A DNA stretch of 64,000 bases, taken from positions 23,002,001-23,066,000 of the forward strand of contig NC_088862.1 of the NCBI RefSeq assembly GCF_963853765.1, given 5' to 3'. The notes under the pieces were generated by a model. That model was not told the DNA's origin and searched no databases. It worked only from the letters and a program-made list of their open reading frames with translations. This DNA comes from Magallana gigas. Taxonomy: Eukaryota. Shown one piece after another: positions 1 to 12,844 of the stretch (positions within the stretch are counted from its first letter, which is position 1; every line of letters starts with the position of its first letter). The position numbers were made by a program, and so were the translations under genes.

Positions 1-368
1 ATCGCATTTGCTTTACTTTGTGCATGTACATCCTATTTTTGTGGTACAGCTGTACTATACCAAAACACTTTTAAAAAACCTAATTAAGTATATAGAAAAA
101 ACACAATTAATTCTTCTAAAAACGATCAGCAATTCTAATGATACTATTTTATGAATGATGGTGTCTCCAACACTTTTTTTCTTTTAAGATAAGATGATTG
201 ACAGTATAACCATTTAAAATAAAAACAAAATTGATTATCATTTTTATCATCTGAAGAAAATATACATAATTTTTAAATATTCTTCCTTTACACTAAAAAT
301 GCTACATGTACACCTGTATATATGTTAATAAACTTTAATTGTGATTATTACAATCTACTTTGCTGTAG

Positions 369-794
369 GGACAGATAATGATTGCTCTGTGCAATTAATG
401 AATGGACGAACCATATCCACCTTATGTAATCAGAGGAATCATCAATGGATGGTGATAATCTCTCTCTCTCTCTCTTTCTCTCTCTCTGTTTGACATTCAA
501 CCACGAAACATTGCTATTTATCCATTACGTGTGGTGTATACTACATATACCCCTTGCTTTTTCATATCTGATCCTTTTTCAAACACTTAAGAAATATTTT
601 CAAACACCTCCATGGTTTTAAATACCTAGTTTTTGAATATATATCTTTGTATTTCACATCATAAATTCTATTTTCAATATTGATCCAACATTGTTTTAAA
701 GTATTAACGTTAAGAAAAAAATTAAGTTAAAACATTAGTATGAAGTTATTAAACGGCACATTACGTTAGCCATCAACAGATCCTTATATACTGT

Positions 795-826
<32 letters not shown>

Positions 827-2977
827 TTATTACATGTATTATTATTATTATTATTAAAAAAATACATTGTCTTTCCAAACCAACATTTTCTGAAATAATT
901 GTGTATACTTTAAAGAATTTTATTCTACCGCCAGTACCTATAAGTACACATGATCAATATATGTAAATCCAGTTTGATTGTCATGCTCTTTTTTATTTCA
1001 CTGTTTTCTAGTTCAGGTCATTAGAAACATTACTATTAAAGTATTTATAAAATCACTTAATATTCATGTAGATATCCTCGATACAGTTGGTAGCACACTT
1101 TGTGTTATATAAATTCCTTATTACATGTATACTTTATTTTTTTTATCGGTAAAAAGCTCATTCAGAGACGATTTGATGGATCAGAAATTTTTTCGAGAAA
1201 CTGGATAGACTACGAAAACGGCTTTGGGTCATACGACTCAGAGTTTTGGTTAGGTATGATATTTGTTACAAAAATAAATATTCATATTGTAAATATTGTA
1301 AAAACAGTAAAAATGTATTAAAATACTTCCTTAATAAAAGGATGATACATTTTCATTTGTAACCATTTTCCCAAGGGTATTGCCCTGGTGGTTCATTAGA
1401 TCTTGATTTTTAATCACAATCAAATTGTAAACAAATGAAAGTTTCATCTAGAAATAATATCGTAAAAAAGAAATTTAAAAAGTGCTAATAAATTTATTTC
1501 TCAAAGAAATTGTTTTTTGCAATTTAAGGTAACTGGAACATCCATGAATTAACAAATGATGGCTACACTTACCTTAGAATAGAACTGATGGACAATGACT
1601 GTGTTTGGAAGTATGCAGAGTATTCAACATTTAATGTTGAATCTGACAGCCTCAGATATAGACTGAATGTAACAGGTTATTCTGGGAATGCAGGTACTCT
1701 CTCAAATATATATAAAAAAATGACGGTTTTGTTTTCAAATAATTTGTTCTTCATCTTTTAAAGGAAACAGTGTAACGTGTACTAAATTTATAANNNNNNN
1801 NNNNNNNNNNNNNNNNNNNNNNNNNNNNNNNNNNNNNNNNNNNNNNNNNNNNNNNNNNNNNNNNNNNNNNNNNNNNNNNNNNNNNNNNNNNNNNNNNNNN
1901 NNNNNNNNNNNNNNNNNNNNNNNNCAAGGGCATCAATTTTCGTGGATAAATTGAAAATTACAGTTTCAAGGATACGTAAATTCGTGGTCAATGACCCTAT
2001 CAATACAAAATATATATATATATCTTTATTTGTGCGGAGCACTATTAAGGTTTACTAAGTAGTACCATTGAAAATAACATCGACTTTAACATCACACAAA
2101 GCAACAAGCTAGAGTTACATTTTTTATCGATTGCGACGTATGCGTAAGATTACGATTACCTATTCGTTGCAACATTAAAGTAGTAAAGAAGTAATCTTGA
2201 ATTAAAACAGAGACATAAATAACATGGATTAGCAAATTCGCCATTAGCGTATTTTGTTGTTGAAATATGTTACCTGACCAACCTTACTTTGAGAATACAT
2301 CTTTGTAAATTGATATATTTATCTTTAACCAAACGTATATTGGTTTTTATGAAAAATGTGCAATGGATTCAGACTTTTAAAAAAAAGAGAGAAATAAGAT
2401 TAATATATTGAAAATATATTGGCCAGATATAAAACATCGGCGAAATATCGGACGACGGATAGCCAACTGCCTCTTAAAATTCCTCTCTTTATATTATAAA
2501 TAAAACACAAACTCATGAAAGTGTAATATTTTGAAAGTTTTGTAATATGATTTTGCTGTTTATATTTTGATGTATTTGTTGAAAAGAAAAGATATACTGA
2601 TTTAAACTGGGAATACTTTATAATAGGGACTTCAAGATTTTGCGAGATTATGATCAGTTGCCAATCTATGGTATTTATGTTTCGGGTTTAAACAAATAAT
2701 GTAACGTTTGAACGTGTTATTTTAATTCTGTATTCCAGGGGACAGCATGTCGTACAGTGACGGAATGTTTTTCAGTACGTTTGACAATGACAACGATATA
2801 TGGGAAAGAAATTGTGGATTGGAATTTCACGGAGGATGGTGGTATAGCAGTTGTCACTGGGCAAATCTTAACGGGGAGTATGGGAACACAAATTATGGCG
2901 AAGGGATTGAGTGGAAAACCTGGAAAGATCATGGTTACTCAATGAAAGAAGTTAAAATGATGGTTCGTAAACCCTAG
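369..2977 (+). CDS. FReD paralog 1 (fibrinogen C-terminal domain protein), 3' part only; exons 369-451, 1157-1253, 1529-1693, 2739-2977; 5' exons lie upstream of the window
   Basis: Four GT-AG exons with compatible phases (1/0/1/1) give [122 protein letters not shown], which carries the canonical fibrinogen-C motifs. Exon sizes (83/97/165/239) match the other paralogs. Confidence 0.93.
1794..1924. other. Assembly gap (N run); further gaps at 16307-16465, 18930-19057, 31709-31874 and 51514-51680
   Basis: Runs of N. All five fall inside introns of the models above. Confidence 0.99.
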
Positions 2978-3304
2978 AGATGAAAGTTATAAACAAAGTC
3001 ATCAACCAATCCAGGATCAGTCTTATCCAAAAAAAAATAGACTTGTAGAAAATAATAGAAAAATAGATTTGTGTATTCAATGATTTGCTTAATTGTTAGA
3101 TAATAAAGGTTTTTTCTTAAAGAGAGATATTCTCCGAATTTGTAATCTAATAGAAGTCGAATTCAGTCTCAGCCGACTCAGTCTACTTTTAATGGCATGT
3201 CGTCTGTCAAGCAGTTGGAATTTAAACAGTCTAGTCACTTGTTTTAGTTTTAAGAACTTGCATCTCACTAAAATGAAATAAAATTAATTTCTGAGGTACA
3301 GTAT

Positions 3305-3725
3305 CGATCAGATCCAACTTAACACCAGTGTAAACCCCAACCAAACCCTAGATTTACTTTTGGGTTTACTTGAGGTTTACTCTGGGTTTACTTTTTGAAA
3401 ATTGGGGTCCACTCGGGGATTACTTTAGGTTTACTCTGGAATTGCTTTTGGGGTCTACTGTACGCATTTAAGTCTGAAGGAGACCCGTCTTTTATCTTAC
3501 CATATTACTGCCTGTAATTCATGCCTTTTGTATATTCCGAATACACATGTAGTGTCTGCATTCAGGGGTATACTTTTAATCGGGGTTTACACTCTGTGTC
3601 CACTCTGGGTTTACTTTGGGTTTACTCTGGGGTTTTTTCTGGGTAAACTCTTGTAAACCCGGAGTAAACCCAAAATAAACCCAGGAAGTATCAAAACGTA
3701 AAACCAAGGTTTAGTTGGGGTCTAG
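3305..3725. repeat. Degenerate GGTTTACTCTG/GGGTTTACTTT repeat block with inverted sub-blocks (probable MITE)
   Basis: Many ~11-bp GGGTTTACT(C/T) units with GTAAACCC inverse units at both ends. Confidence 0.5.
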
Positions 3726-3957
3726 TTCATTTACTTCTATAAATTATATAGAAACCTTGCAAACTTTTTAACCTATTATTTCAACTACTTTATCCATTTG
3801 GAGAGTTTGAGGACTACCTCGCAAATGTATCATTATCATTTGGGTACTTTTCATGCCGTGTGCAATGCAAAAACACCGTACACTTTATATTTGTAGTTGT
3901 GCAGTAAAATCTGAAACGATAGAAACATGTAAACACCCATTCTCCGCAATGACTTAA

Positions 3958-5758
3958 AGGTCATATGAAACGATATCCTGACCATATTGAGATATATACG
4001 GGAATGAGTTCATAAGTTCCTATTTAATAAGACTGACATTGTTCTTTTAAGATTTTATGCAAAATGTGAGCGTCACAGTCGATCAAAATCACTTGATCGG
4101 GAAAAGGAACATTGACTTACGCGGCTTACCTCCCTTGCTTATGACGTCAGTAAGACCCAATGGCCTTATACAGCTATGTTGTGAATACAAATACCCATGT
4201 CATTTTGCAGCATTTTAAAAGAAAAAACCCACTTTTTTATATAAAAACTTGTATAATTATACAATAATCAACCACGGCAGTATTTTTTCTCTCAAGAAAT
4301 GAAATTGCGTGCCTTTATATTTGATAGCGTGTACATATTCAGTTTAGAGACGTCGCGGAGAATGAATGATTTTCTTCATAGATCTTCATGCAAGTATAAT
4401 ATAATTTTGATATATGCAGGTATATATATATGTTTTATTTCAATCTTTTAATCTTTTCAATTAAATTGTCAAATCCAAAAATAACTGATCTTTTTTCCCA
4501 TGTTCATGCAATTTATTAAGTTTTTTTTCGAAACAACTTATAGGCCTCGTGGTGCCTCATTCGCTTCACGATTATACTGTTTGTTTCGATTTCAAATTCA
4601 CAAATATGTTACCATTTAATTATTTTTAGTCTAAGAGAAATTTCTTCAAATGTTTTGATTTTGAAACGTGTACTTGCATGAGCGTTGTTTTGATTTCACA
4701 ACGTGTATGTGCAGTGTTTACTCATAGATCCCTTCTATCTCACTTTCTTCCGCAATGTTTTCTTTCGTTCTTTTATTTTTGTTGATGCTTGTTCTTAATA
4801 AAATCTGTTGATTATCTTCACATTCGTTCACAACTATTTTTATCAAACAACCGATTTATTTTACCGATACATTTCGAAATCCTTAAATGCCATATTTCCG
4901 CGATCTAATTTAATAAAACGTTAATACACGTGTACATATTATCGCTACATTTATAAATCAATAAGTCAGACATTTATATCATTTAAAATAAAATTATAAA
5001 ATAAAATTATAAGAATTATTTTGCGGTATTTTACAGCAGCTTTTAAATACAAACTATCGCTACATTTATAAATCAATAAGTCAGACATTTATATCATTTA
5101 AAATAAAATTATAAAATAAAATTATAAGAATAATTTTGCGGTATTTTACAGCAGCTTTTAAATACAAACTATGTACACAATGCCTCAAACATTTTTATTG
5201 GCCTGCCTTTTACTTTTTTATGTGACAAAATAAATCAAATGAACTAGAATGCTTTAATTCCCTTTAAATGTAGCTCTATCATTATACGTATCGAATAAGA
5301 AAATGATGTTTCTATTTCAAAAGGATCAGGAAATTTCATTAATCAGCTGTTAATGTTTGGAGCATTTCAATGCAGTGCGGGATCTTCATCATGATTTTAC
5401 TCTGGTAAGAAGCTGATATTAGATTTATTCATTAACGAAACTAAGTCATCTGTACTACGAAATCAAATGATCTCATTTGAAAAGAAAGACACGTATATAT
5501 GCAAAACTAACTAAAATCGAATCGCTAAACTACTGTAATATAACACTAGTTTTGATGCATTGTTTACATCGGTGGGTCTGTGTGACGTCATAAATCCACA
5601 AAATCAAGAACGATAAGCGGGGAAGAATTTTTTCAGGTGCTGAGTTTTCACGGTTATTGCTCAGTAATGCAATGGCAACTTTACGTATTTTAACATTTGT
5701 TATAAGCTTTATATTTATGAAAGAAAATCATAGTGTTAAAAATCGTTTCATATGACCT
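3958..5758. mobile_element. Non-autonomous DNA transposon, Kolobok-like (TTAA TSD, AG...CT termini), 1.8 kb
   Basis: Perfect 17-bp TIR AGGTCATATGAAACGAT / ATCGTTTCATATGACCT flanked by TTAA at 3954-3957 and 5759-5762; no ORF. TTAA TSD with purine termini is the established Kolobok signature (piggyBac termini start with pyrimidines). Confidence 0.75.
4940..5169. repeat. Two-copy 115-bp direct tandem duplication inside the Kolobok-like element
   Basis: The unit TATCGCTACATTTATAAATC...CTTTTAAATACAAAC starts at 4940 and again at 5055, nearly identical. Confidence 0.95.
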
Positions 5759-6358
5759 TTAAACAAAACACAGTAATTAAAGACAATCATTTTTGCAATA
5801 CTTCATGGTATTTCATACAATTACATATATATTTAAAATAGTTGAATGAAATACACACACTGCTATCAAACGTCGAGAATATTCATTGCACGCAAACATG
5901 TATATGACTTTGGATATTTTGGTCAGAAATTGCCTCTTCAATTATGTGTACAAGTATTGTTACATCATTATAATTTTTCATGATCGGATTTCAGCTAATT
6001 AAAGTACATGACTGTATATGAATCAGCAAGCGGAGGTTTTCTTAAACTAAAAGAAGTGATATGCTATAATTGATCTTTATCAAATCGTTTTTTAATTAAA
6101 TTTAACATCAGATGTCAAAAAGTCTGAGCTAACAACGACTCTTAATTGAACAGTTTTTACTAGTGTCAGCATCCTTGCTTATATCAAGCAATTTCCAAAT
6201 AATTTTTTTTGGACAATTGTCGTGTAAATATACGAAATGTGTTTCCAAAGAACAATAACAAATATTGATTGATTTGTTCAAACAACAAGTTTCAATACTT
6301 CTGTTGTAAAGGTGGCAACTTCGATTAACAAAAGAAAAATAATAGTTCATTCTTCTTT

Positions 6359-9300
6359 TCAGCTGAACACTCCATAGTCTCCAGAGATCTGGATGTGATT
6401 TGCTTTGAATGTGGTCACGTGACTGTAGTCGTCTTCCTCTGTGACTTGTTGTTGGGCGTATTCATAATCCGACTGTACAGAGAGCTCGATATGGTCTTCA
6501 TGTAAATGGTTATAAATGTCAATTCCTTCCTCCTCATTGTTGCTCATTTCATTGCAAGTTGGATTGGAGTTCATACTTTCCAGTGATATTTCCCCGTTTG
6601 ATATATAGGTTCTAGTACTTTGAGAGCAAATGCATAAAACATGTACATTTTACGTATAAAATACACGATGAGTAGAAAACGGCTTTTCAAAATATAGCAT
6701 CGATAGTACCTTGCGCTTGGTGGAAAAGTATAAAAAAAATATTTAGCAAACTAATAAACTGCATATCAATAAATGAGAAACATGCAGTGTGCTTATGATA
6801 AACAATTACAGACTAAATATGAATTTTCTATATTAATGAAATTTAAGCAGAATATATTTCTCTTGATCTGTCAGATTTTAGTTCTCAGGCACAAAAAATC
6901 ATTCGTCTAATATTAATGAACATGTATTGAACAGAAAAATATAGTAATCTACCTAAGAAATTGTTCAAATGCATTTGTTTGCTGTGTCATATGTTATGTG
7001 TTACCTTAATCCAGATTGGTTTCTTAACCGATTTATGATCAAGTTTAGTGCTCCACAAAAAGCTATTCCCAACAAAAGTCCGATCACTCCACTACCTATA
7101 ACAACGCCAGAGTTATGGTTCCCGACTGTATCTGTTTAAATTAGAAAAAGTAGATGGCAGTAAAAAAGTTCCTAATAAAAAAACTGGATATGGAATGTCT
7201 TGTTGTTATAATTCTTTTTAATCCATTTTTTTAAATAATCAATGACTCTGTAAAAGAAGTAGGTTAAATTGACGAGGGAGGAGGGGGAAATTCATGGATT
7301 TACAATGTGATTAAGAAATTAACGTACATGTATTTAAATTAAGCTGACGGATATGAAATCAAAGCAATAGCCTTGACTTACATATAGTCACATTGCAATA
7401 TCTGAATTAATGTGAAAAAAAAATATCTGTTTAAATTTGACAAAGTATATGGTATTAAAAAAGTAGATTAAATTGATTAAATTAAGTATATCTATCGTAC
7501 TGAAATTACACATGTAAGTTGACAAAAATGAAATCAAAGCAATACTTACACTTACATATACACACATTGAAAAAGCTGTACTTATTTGGAAAAAAAACAA
7601 CAAATCATTGAATATCTAAATCAAAACCATTTTGAGTAGCTTTCATCTTTTTCTACAATATTGTAGAAAATGGGACGGTAGTGATTGTTGACATTAGTCC
7701 TCATTAGATGGACAGTTAAAGTAGAAAGAAGGAAAATGTGTCTTTATACATATGTTACATCATTTCGGCGCCATGAGTCGAAAAAATAAATTGATTTCGT
7801 CAATATCAAAGTGCCAGTTATTATCTATTACTCGCGCAAATATCTTTTATCGATTTTGTTATTACCGTCAGTTTATCAAATTTTGAGTATCAAGTTGTTC
7901 TATTATATAGCATCTAGATCTGGTTGATATGTATTTTTGATACACGTATTATTAAAAAAAAACAAATTGTAGTACTCATTTTAAACACATTTTGTTATAA
8001 TGATTACTAAGTATTAAATTCAAACATCCTTTTCAATCAATGAATGATATTGACACCTACAATTGTAAATCGTTATAAAAAGGATTTATACATAATTGAC
8101 TTGTTTTAATTCAATAAAATTTCCACATAAAGATGTGATGGTTAATCCTTCAATGATCACAATCGCCAAAATTTAAAAACAAGCTTTGTGGGTAGGATTA
8201 AAAATAACCACGGGTTCAAAGCGCAGATCGAAATGCATGTAGAAAAAGTCAGAGCTCTTCCAGCTTTTATCCATGGATTACATGTACTACAAATCAAGAT
8301 ATGTTTGTTATGTTATACTTTTTGTTTCTTTGTTTATCTGTTTTTGTTTTAACTTTTTTATTGCCTCGTTTCGTTTTGTTTTGCGTTTCTTTGTTTCCTT
8401 TTTTTCTTGGTTCTTTTTGCATTTAAGAGAAAACTAAGAACCAAAACACTTAAATATAAGTCGTGATTTTAACTTCAAATGATATCATATATCACATTCA
8501 AAAGAGCTAGCAGATGTATAATATAACAATATACAAGCCTTTTTAATGTGTACGTCTTCACAAAGATCTGACATACACTCCTTGCAGATTTTATGTATTT
8601 TATCAAACAAAATACGACCTAACATATATAGAATAAATTGTTGGTATATCGGTCCTAAAATCAAGATTAAAACTAAATATTGAGAGAAGTACTTGTAAAA
8701 TACCAAACTCATTTAATTTAGATCAAGAGTTGCTTAACTGAGCGCAAATAATTTTAGTTTAACTGATAAATTGAAAAACAAAAAGATAAACGCAAAAAGA
8801 AGCCCCCCCCCCCCCCAAAAAAAAAGAAAAGGGGGGGGGACAACAAAAACAAAAAACACCCCCAAAAAATTAGTCAAAGGTTGATTGATCAGGTGGTCCT
8901 TTAAAGGAATCAAAGGATTTCACTTAGTTACTTTAAATCAAATGAGGTATATTAAAATACCGTTGACACGCGTGTCCACCACCATCACGTGACCAGCACA
9001 CGTACAGACCCCAGTGATTACATTACACATACCATTTGGAGTGGCCACTGAGCGTTGTAAAGCGTTGTCACATGATTCGTTTAGTCCAGGCTCTGTTAAA
9101 AAACCGTCACTAGTTTAAATAAGCAATCCTGTATTCACAGAATGGATCTCTGCCATTCAGTCAACTCAGTGTTAACTGAATGGTCTGGAAATGTGACTAA
9201 ATGGCTATAGCTATGCCATTCAGTCACATTTCAGTCACATTTCAGTTACCTTTCAGTCTCATTTTAGTTGACTGAATAGCAGAAATTCATCCTATGATTT

Positions 9301-12300
9301 TCATTCATGGTACATGTAGATATTAGAAAAAAATATAGTTATAAAATATAAAGAGCATGATGTAAAAAAAGAAGATGGGGAAAACGGTCATAATACAAAT
9401 AATATTACATTGTACCTTGAATGACTTGTTTATTTTTAACAGGCAAACGAGTGCTCTATTCTCTCGGTATACTTGTCACCAGCTTCACATGTTGAATACT
9501 GGCTTCCTCTTTCGCATTGCTTAGAGTCGAAACATTGTTTGCCTAGTCTACGAGGTGTATAATAACTGGTAAAACTGACCATTGATTGCACTCTCTAGTT
9601 ACGATGTTTAAAATGTCAAGTTATGTTACTATGTATCTGTCTGTCTTCCTGTCTGTCCGTCTTTATGTGCGTTAAATCACACATCGGATCCATCCTCAGA
9701 TTTCAAAGATAATTCATTGAAAAAAATTGCATTACTTTACCTGGTTCACAAAAGTCCGTCTTCCGATGGTACACATGACCTGTCTTACACTGACACATCC
9801 CACTCGTCTCGTTACATGTGGAATTGACACTAACACATTGCTGGTCTCTAACACAGCTTTCGCCTATTTTACGGTCTGTTATAAAAGAATAATTCATAGT
9901 GTACAACATTAAGGTGTACAAAAAAACCCCAAACAAACAAACAGGCTGATCTAAAATAAATGTTTTTGAGTTTTCAAGGGAGTGAGAAAAGGTGTTAAAT
10001 TAAATCGGAAAGGTATATTTAGCTACTAGCAATAAGCTACAAGTAACTAGCTACAAGAGTAAGATAGGTTCTATTTATTGGCTATTTATATCATGTAAAA
10101 GGTAGCTTCTAGTTTTATATTGTAATTATCTAAAAACGATTTTCCTTTGCGTCGAAATAGAAACTGAGTATGGTTATGTACAACAAAGTAAGGTTGCTAA
10201 TAATTATCTAAATGTCTTGAACAATCTTACCGTGAACATACTCTCCTGCACAACCAATGGTAATGTTAAAATGGGTATTGTCATAATCCCCACAGGCTTT
10301 ATCTCGCAAAAAATTATATGAAGATGACACAAAATAAATCTCCATCCTCGCTATTTCATATTTCTTTTCCATTTCGTGCGATATATTTGGATTAGTTGAA
10401 ACTATTGAACAATCAATCTGACACCTCTTAGAATCACCTACAAAGATAAGTGATTAATAAATAAAAACGAAATACCGTATACATTAAAACACGCTTATAA
10501 CAAAATGCCAGGGACGGGTGATTTTACTTTGTTATAAACGGAATTCGTTATATCCGTCAAGTTTACAACATGTAATAAAGTCAATTCATTATAAGCATGT
10601 TCGCTATAACCATGTTTTACTGTATATTTTTTTCCAGCGTGTATCCAATTTCCGCTTTGCTCGCAACGTTATCCCATTTGCGGAAAATAAGTCAGCGAAA
10701 ATGTTATACAAAGTTTTTATCCTGTAATAGAACTATATCTCTGCTTTAAAACAAAAAGATAGGTAAATGTACGATAAACAGGGTCTAACTACATGAACAG
10801 GTTTGTAAGTCTCATTGTTTATTTAAAATTCATTGGCTAGCTAATTCAATTGGTCACGTTCCTCGCTTTAACCGATGTCTAATAATACCTGAGCTACTAT
10901 CACCTGAAACGATGCATGCTTTTCTGATTTATGATTGTTCTATCTCTGAAAATATTTTCGGTAGTTATATCATATGACAGAATACGTGTAATTTATCTGA
11001 AATTTTCATTAAAATTGAGGAGTTAAAATATATATTAGATGCCCCCCCCCCCCTCAATTACGTATACATTACAGGTTGAAACAGTTGTGTATCAATTATT
11101 GTTATTCACTTTGACTGTAAAATATCAAATTTGTGTAAGTTCTACAAAACTGTTCAAGGTTCTAATTTGCGTTAAAAAAAGATGCCGCGGAAAAAACCTT
11201 TTAACTGGTAAATAATATTTTCACAATCAAACGTATTTTATAACTATTTATGTTTAACTGATGACAAAATTTGGGGAAATAAAAAACAATATAGACTTTG
11301 TAAATATTCGATTCAGAACTGTTCTTTGATATTGCAAAAAGAAAATAAACAATGCTGAAACACAATACAAATAGAAAATATCGAATGCTGCAACGTTTGA
11401 CATGCTAAAAGTTGAAAAAAAAAATCAAAAGAATATTGGTTATAATACCTAATTGGGATAGTTATAAAAATATCCATGGCTTATTAAGTGTTTTAGTCGA
11501 TGATGTATATTTATCTTTTTTTTAATAAAATAAACTATTAAAAACTATTTAATGAGAACATATGAATCTTTTAAAGCCATAAATATAATTGTATTATCGT
11601 AATAAGATACTTAGCTGAGAAGCACATTATAAATGAACAAGATTACCATTGAATAGTATAAATATATTAATCTATTCTTACTTTTGTATAATTTGTTGAA
11701 ATCATTGTAGTCAAATGCACAGGCTTTTTCGCTATAGTGGAATGAAAGAGCATCCTCAAGACAAATAGACCTAAAATAATTTTAAATAAATTTTGAGTTC
11801 ATAATTTTAGCCATTAATTGAGCTAAAAAAATACAGTATAACATGACTTAAGTTTAGCCTTACGGGAATATAAAAGATTCATAATTTAGCAGATATTTCT
11901 CAGGATGCACTAAAAGCCCTCTTGTTTTTAATATATCTTATCCTTCCTTTATAGAGAAGGAAAATACAATCCTAAAATACATGTTTGATTTTGTTCCAAA
12001 GTAAATAATGATAATTTTTTTTCTCTGTGCACACATTTTGACTGAAGAGGATCCTTGAACTAAAATGTTAACTAACAAATGTAAAAGAAAATAACTAAAT
12101 GAAAGATCTATAACCAATCAGTCACTTTTAACTAACCATTCAATCACCTTAAGTTTTTATTCAGTCACTTTTAAGTAGCCATTCAGTCACCTTTAAATTA
12201 CAAATCTGTCACCTTTAAGTTACCATTAGTCACATTTAAGTTACCAAGCAGTCACCTTTCAGTTAACAAAATGTTAAAGCTTAATTCTGAGGTGAATGGA

Positions 12301-12844
12301 ATAATAGTAGATAAATAATAACAAAGAACATGATATGATACCCTAAGAAGTCTACTTGTAAGAAGAAAAAAATCAAATACATAGAACCTACCTCACAGAG
12401 ACGTCAATAAATAGCAAAATGGTCATATATACTATTTTCATGGCATAAACATCTAAAAATTGGAAACACGTTGATAAAACGGTAGCAATGCAGTTTAAGT
12501 AACGAAATACAAAGTTTAAGCGTACAGTACAACTATACGTATAAAATATATATAAGGTTATATTATTGAATAATATATGCAAAAAAAAAATTCATTAAAC
12601 AATTGATTCTCCTCTAATAAACCCTAATAAAGTGATTTTCGCTTACCTCTTACTAAATGAATCAAAATTATAAACAGCATCTCAAGATCTCTACCATTAT
12701 TGAATTAAAAAACATGATAACATTTTTTAAAAGAAATTATAAATTGTAAATATTAAAGCTTAAACAGTAACCGTAAGACAACAACATTTCATTATCATGC
12801 AAAATATATATTTACTTACATTCACAGATACGTCGTGATTCCAT
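6359..12844 (-). CDS. Receptor A: type-I membrane protein (~303 aa) with signal peptide, novel Cys-rich domain, EB/EGF-like module, TM and Tyr-motif tail; exons (5'->3') 12844-12820, 12452-12392, 11770-11682, 10903-10889 (micro-exon, tentative), 10437-10231, 9875-9741, 7131-7005, 6611-6359
   Basis: GT-AG exons with compatible phases. Translation: MESRRICEYVYAMKIVYMTILLFIDVSVRSICLEDALSFHYSEKAC..GDSKRCQIDCSIVST..KACGDYDNTHFNITIGCAGEYVH-DRKIGESCVRDQQCVSVNSTCNETSGMCQCKTGHVYHRKTDFCEP-DTVGNHNSGVVIGSGVIGLLLGIAFCGALNLIINRLRNQ..DIYNHL..DYEYA..DYSHV..DYGVFS*. It is supported exon by exon by paralog B, including identical 25-nt and 89-nt exon sizes. Confidence 0.8.
9143..9292. mobile_element. Small TIR element (MITE) with internal TTCAGTCAC repeats; related copies at about 12110-12270 and 13360-13500
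   Basis: Left end GGATCTCTGCCATTCAGTCAACT matches the reverse complement of right end AGTTGACTGAATAGCAGAAATTCATCC; the CAGTCAC motif is iterated internally. Confidence 0.55.
9436..9555 (-). pseudogene. Degenerate or terminal second EB-like exon inside receptor A
   Basis: Minus-strand frame PRRLGKQCFDSKQCERGSQYSTCEAGDKYTERIEHSFAC* aligns to the EB exons of A and B but lacks the NETSGxCQC block and ends in TAA. Confidence 0.55.
10482..10622. mobile_element. Tc1/mariner-type MITE (TA|CAGT...ACTG|TA), copy 1
   Basis: Near-identical to 22339-22512 (AAAACACGCTTATAAC...GGGTGATTTTACTTTGTTATAAACGGAA); right end GTTTTACTG|TA. Confidence 0.7.

Noticed and set aside
1751-2042. ORFs containing long X runs (also near 31.6-31.9 kb and 51.5-51.7 kb)
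   Set aside because: Artefacts of reading through N gaps.
6710-6715. Possible 6-nt phase-2 micro-exon (aag|CGCAAG|gtac) in receptor A
   Set aside because: Frame-neutral and not testable from sequence alone, so it was left out of the model.
8485-8712. Cys-containing minus-strand ORF (..ICKECMSDLCEDVHIKKAC..) inside receptor A, faintly like exon 3
   Set aside because: No convincing in-phase donor and no counterpart in paralog B; the similarity is too weak.
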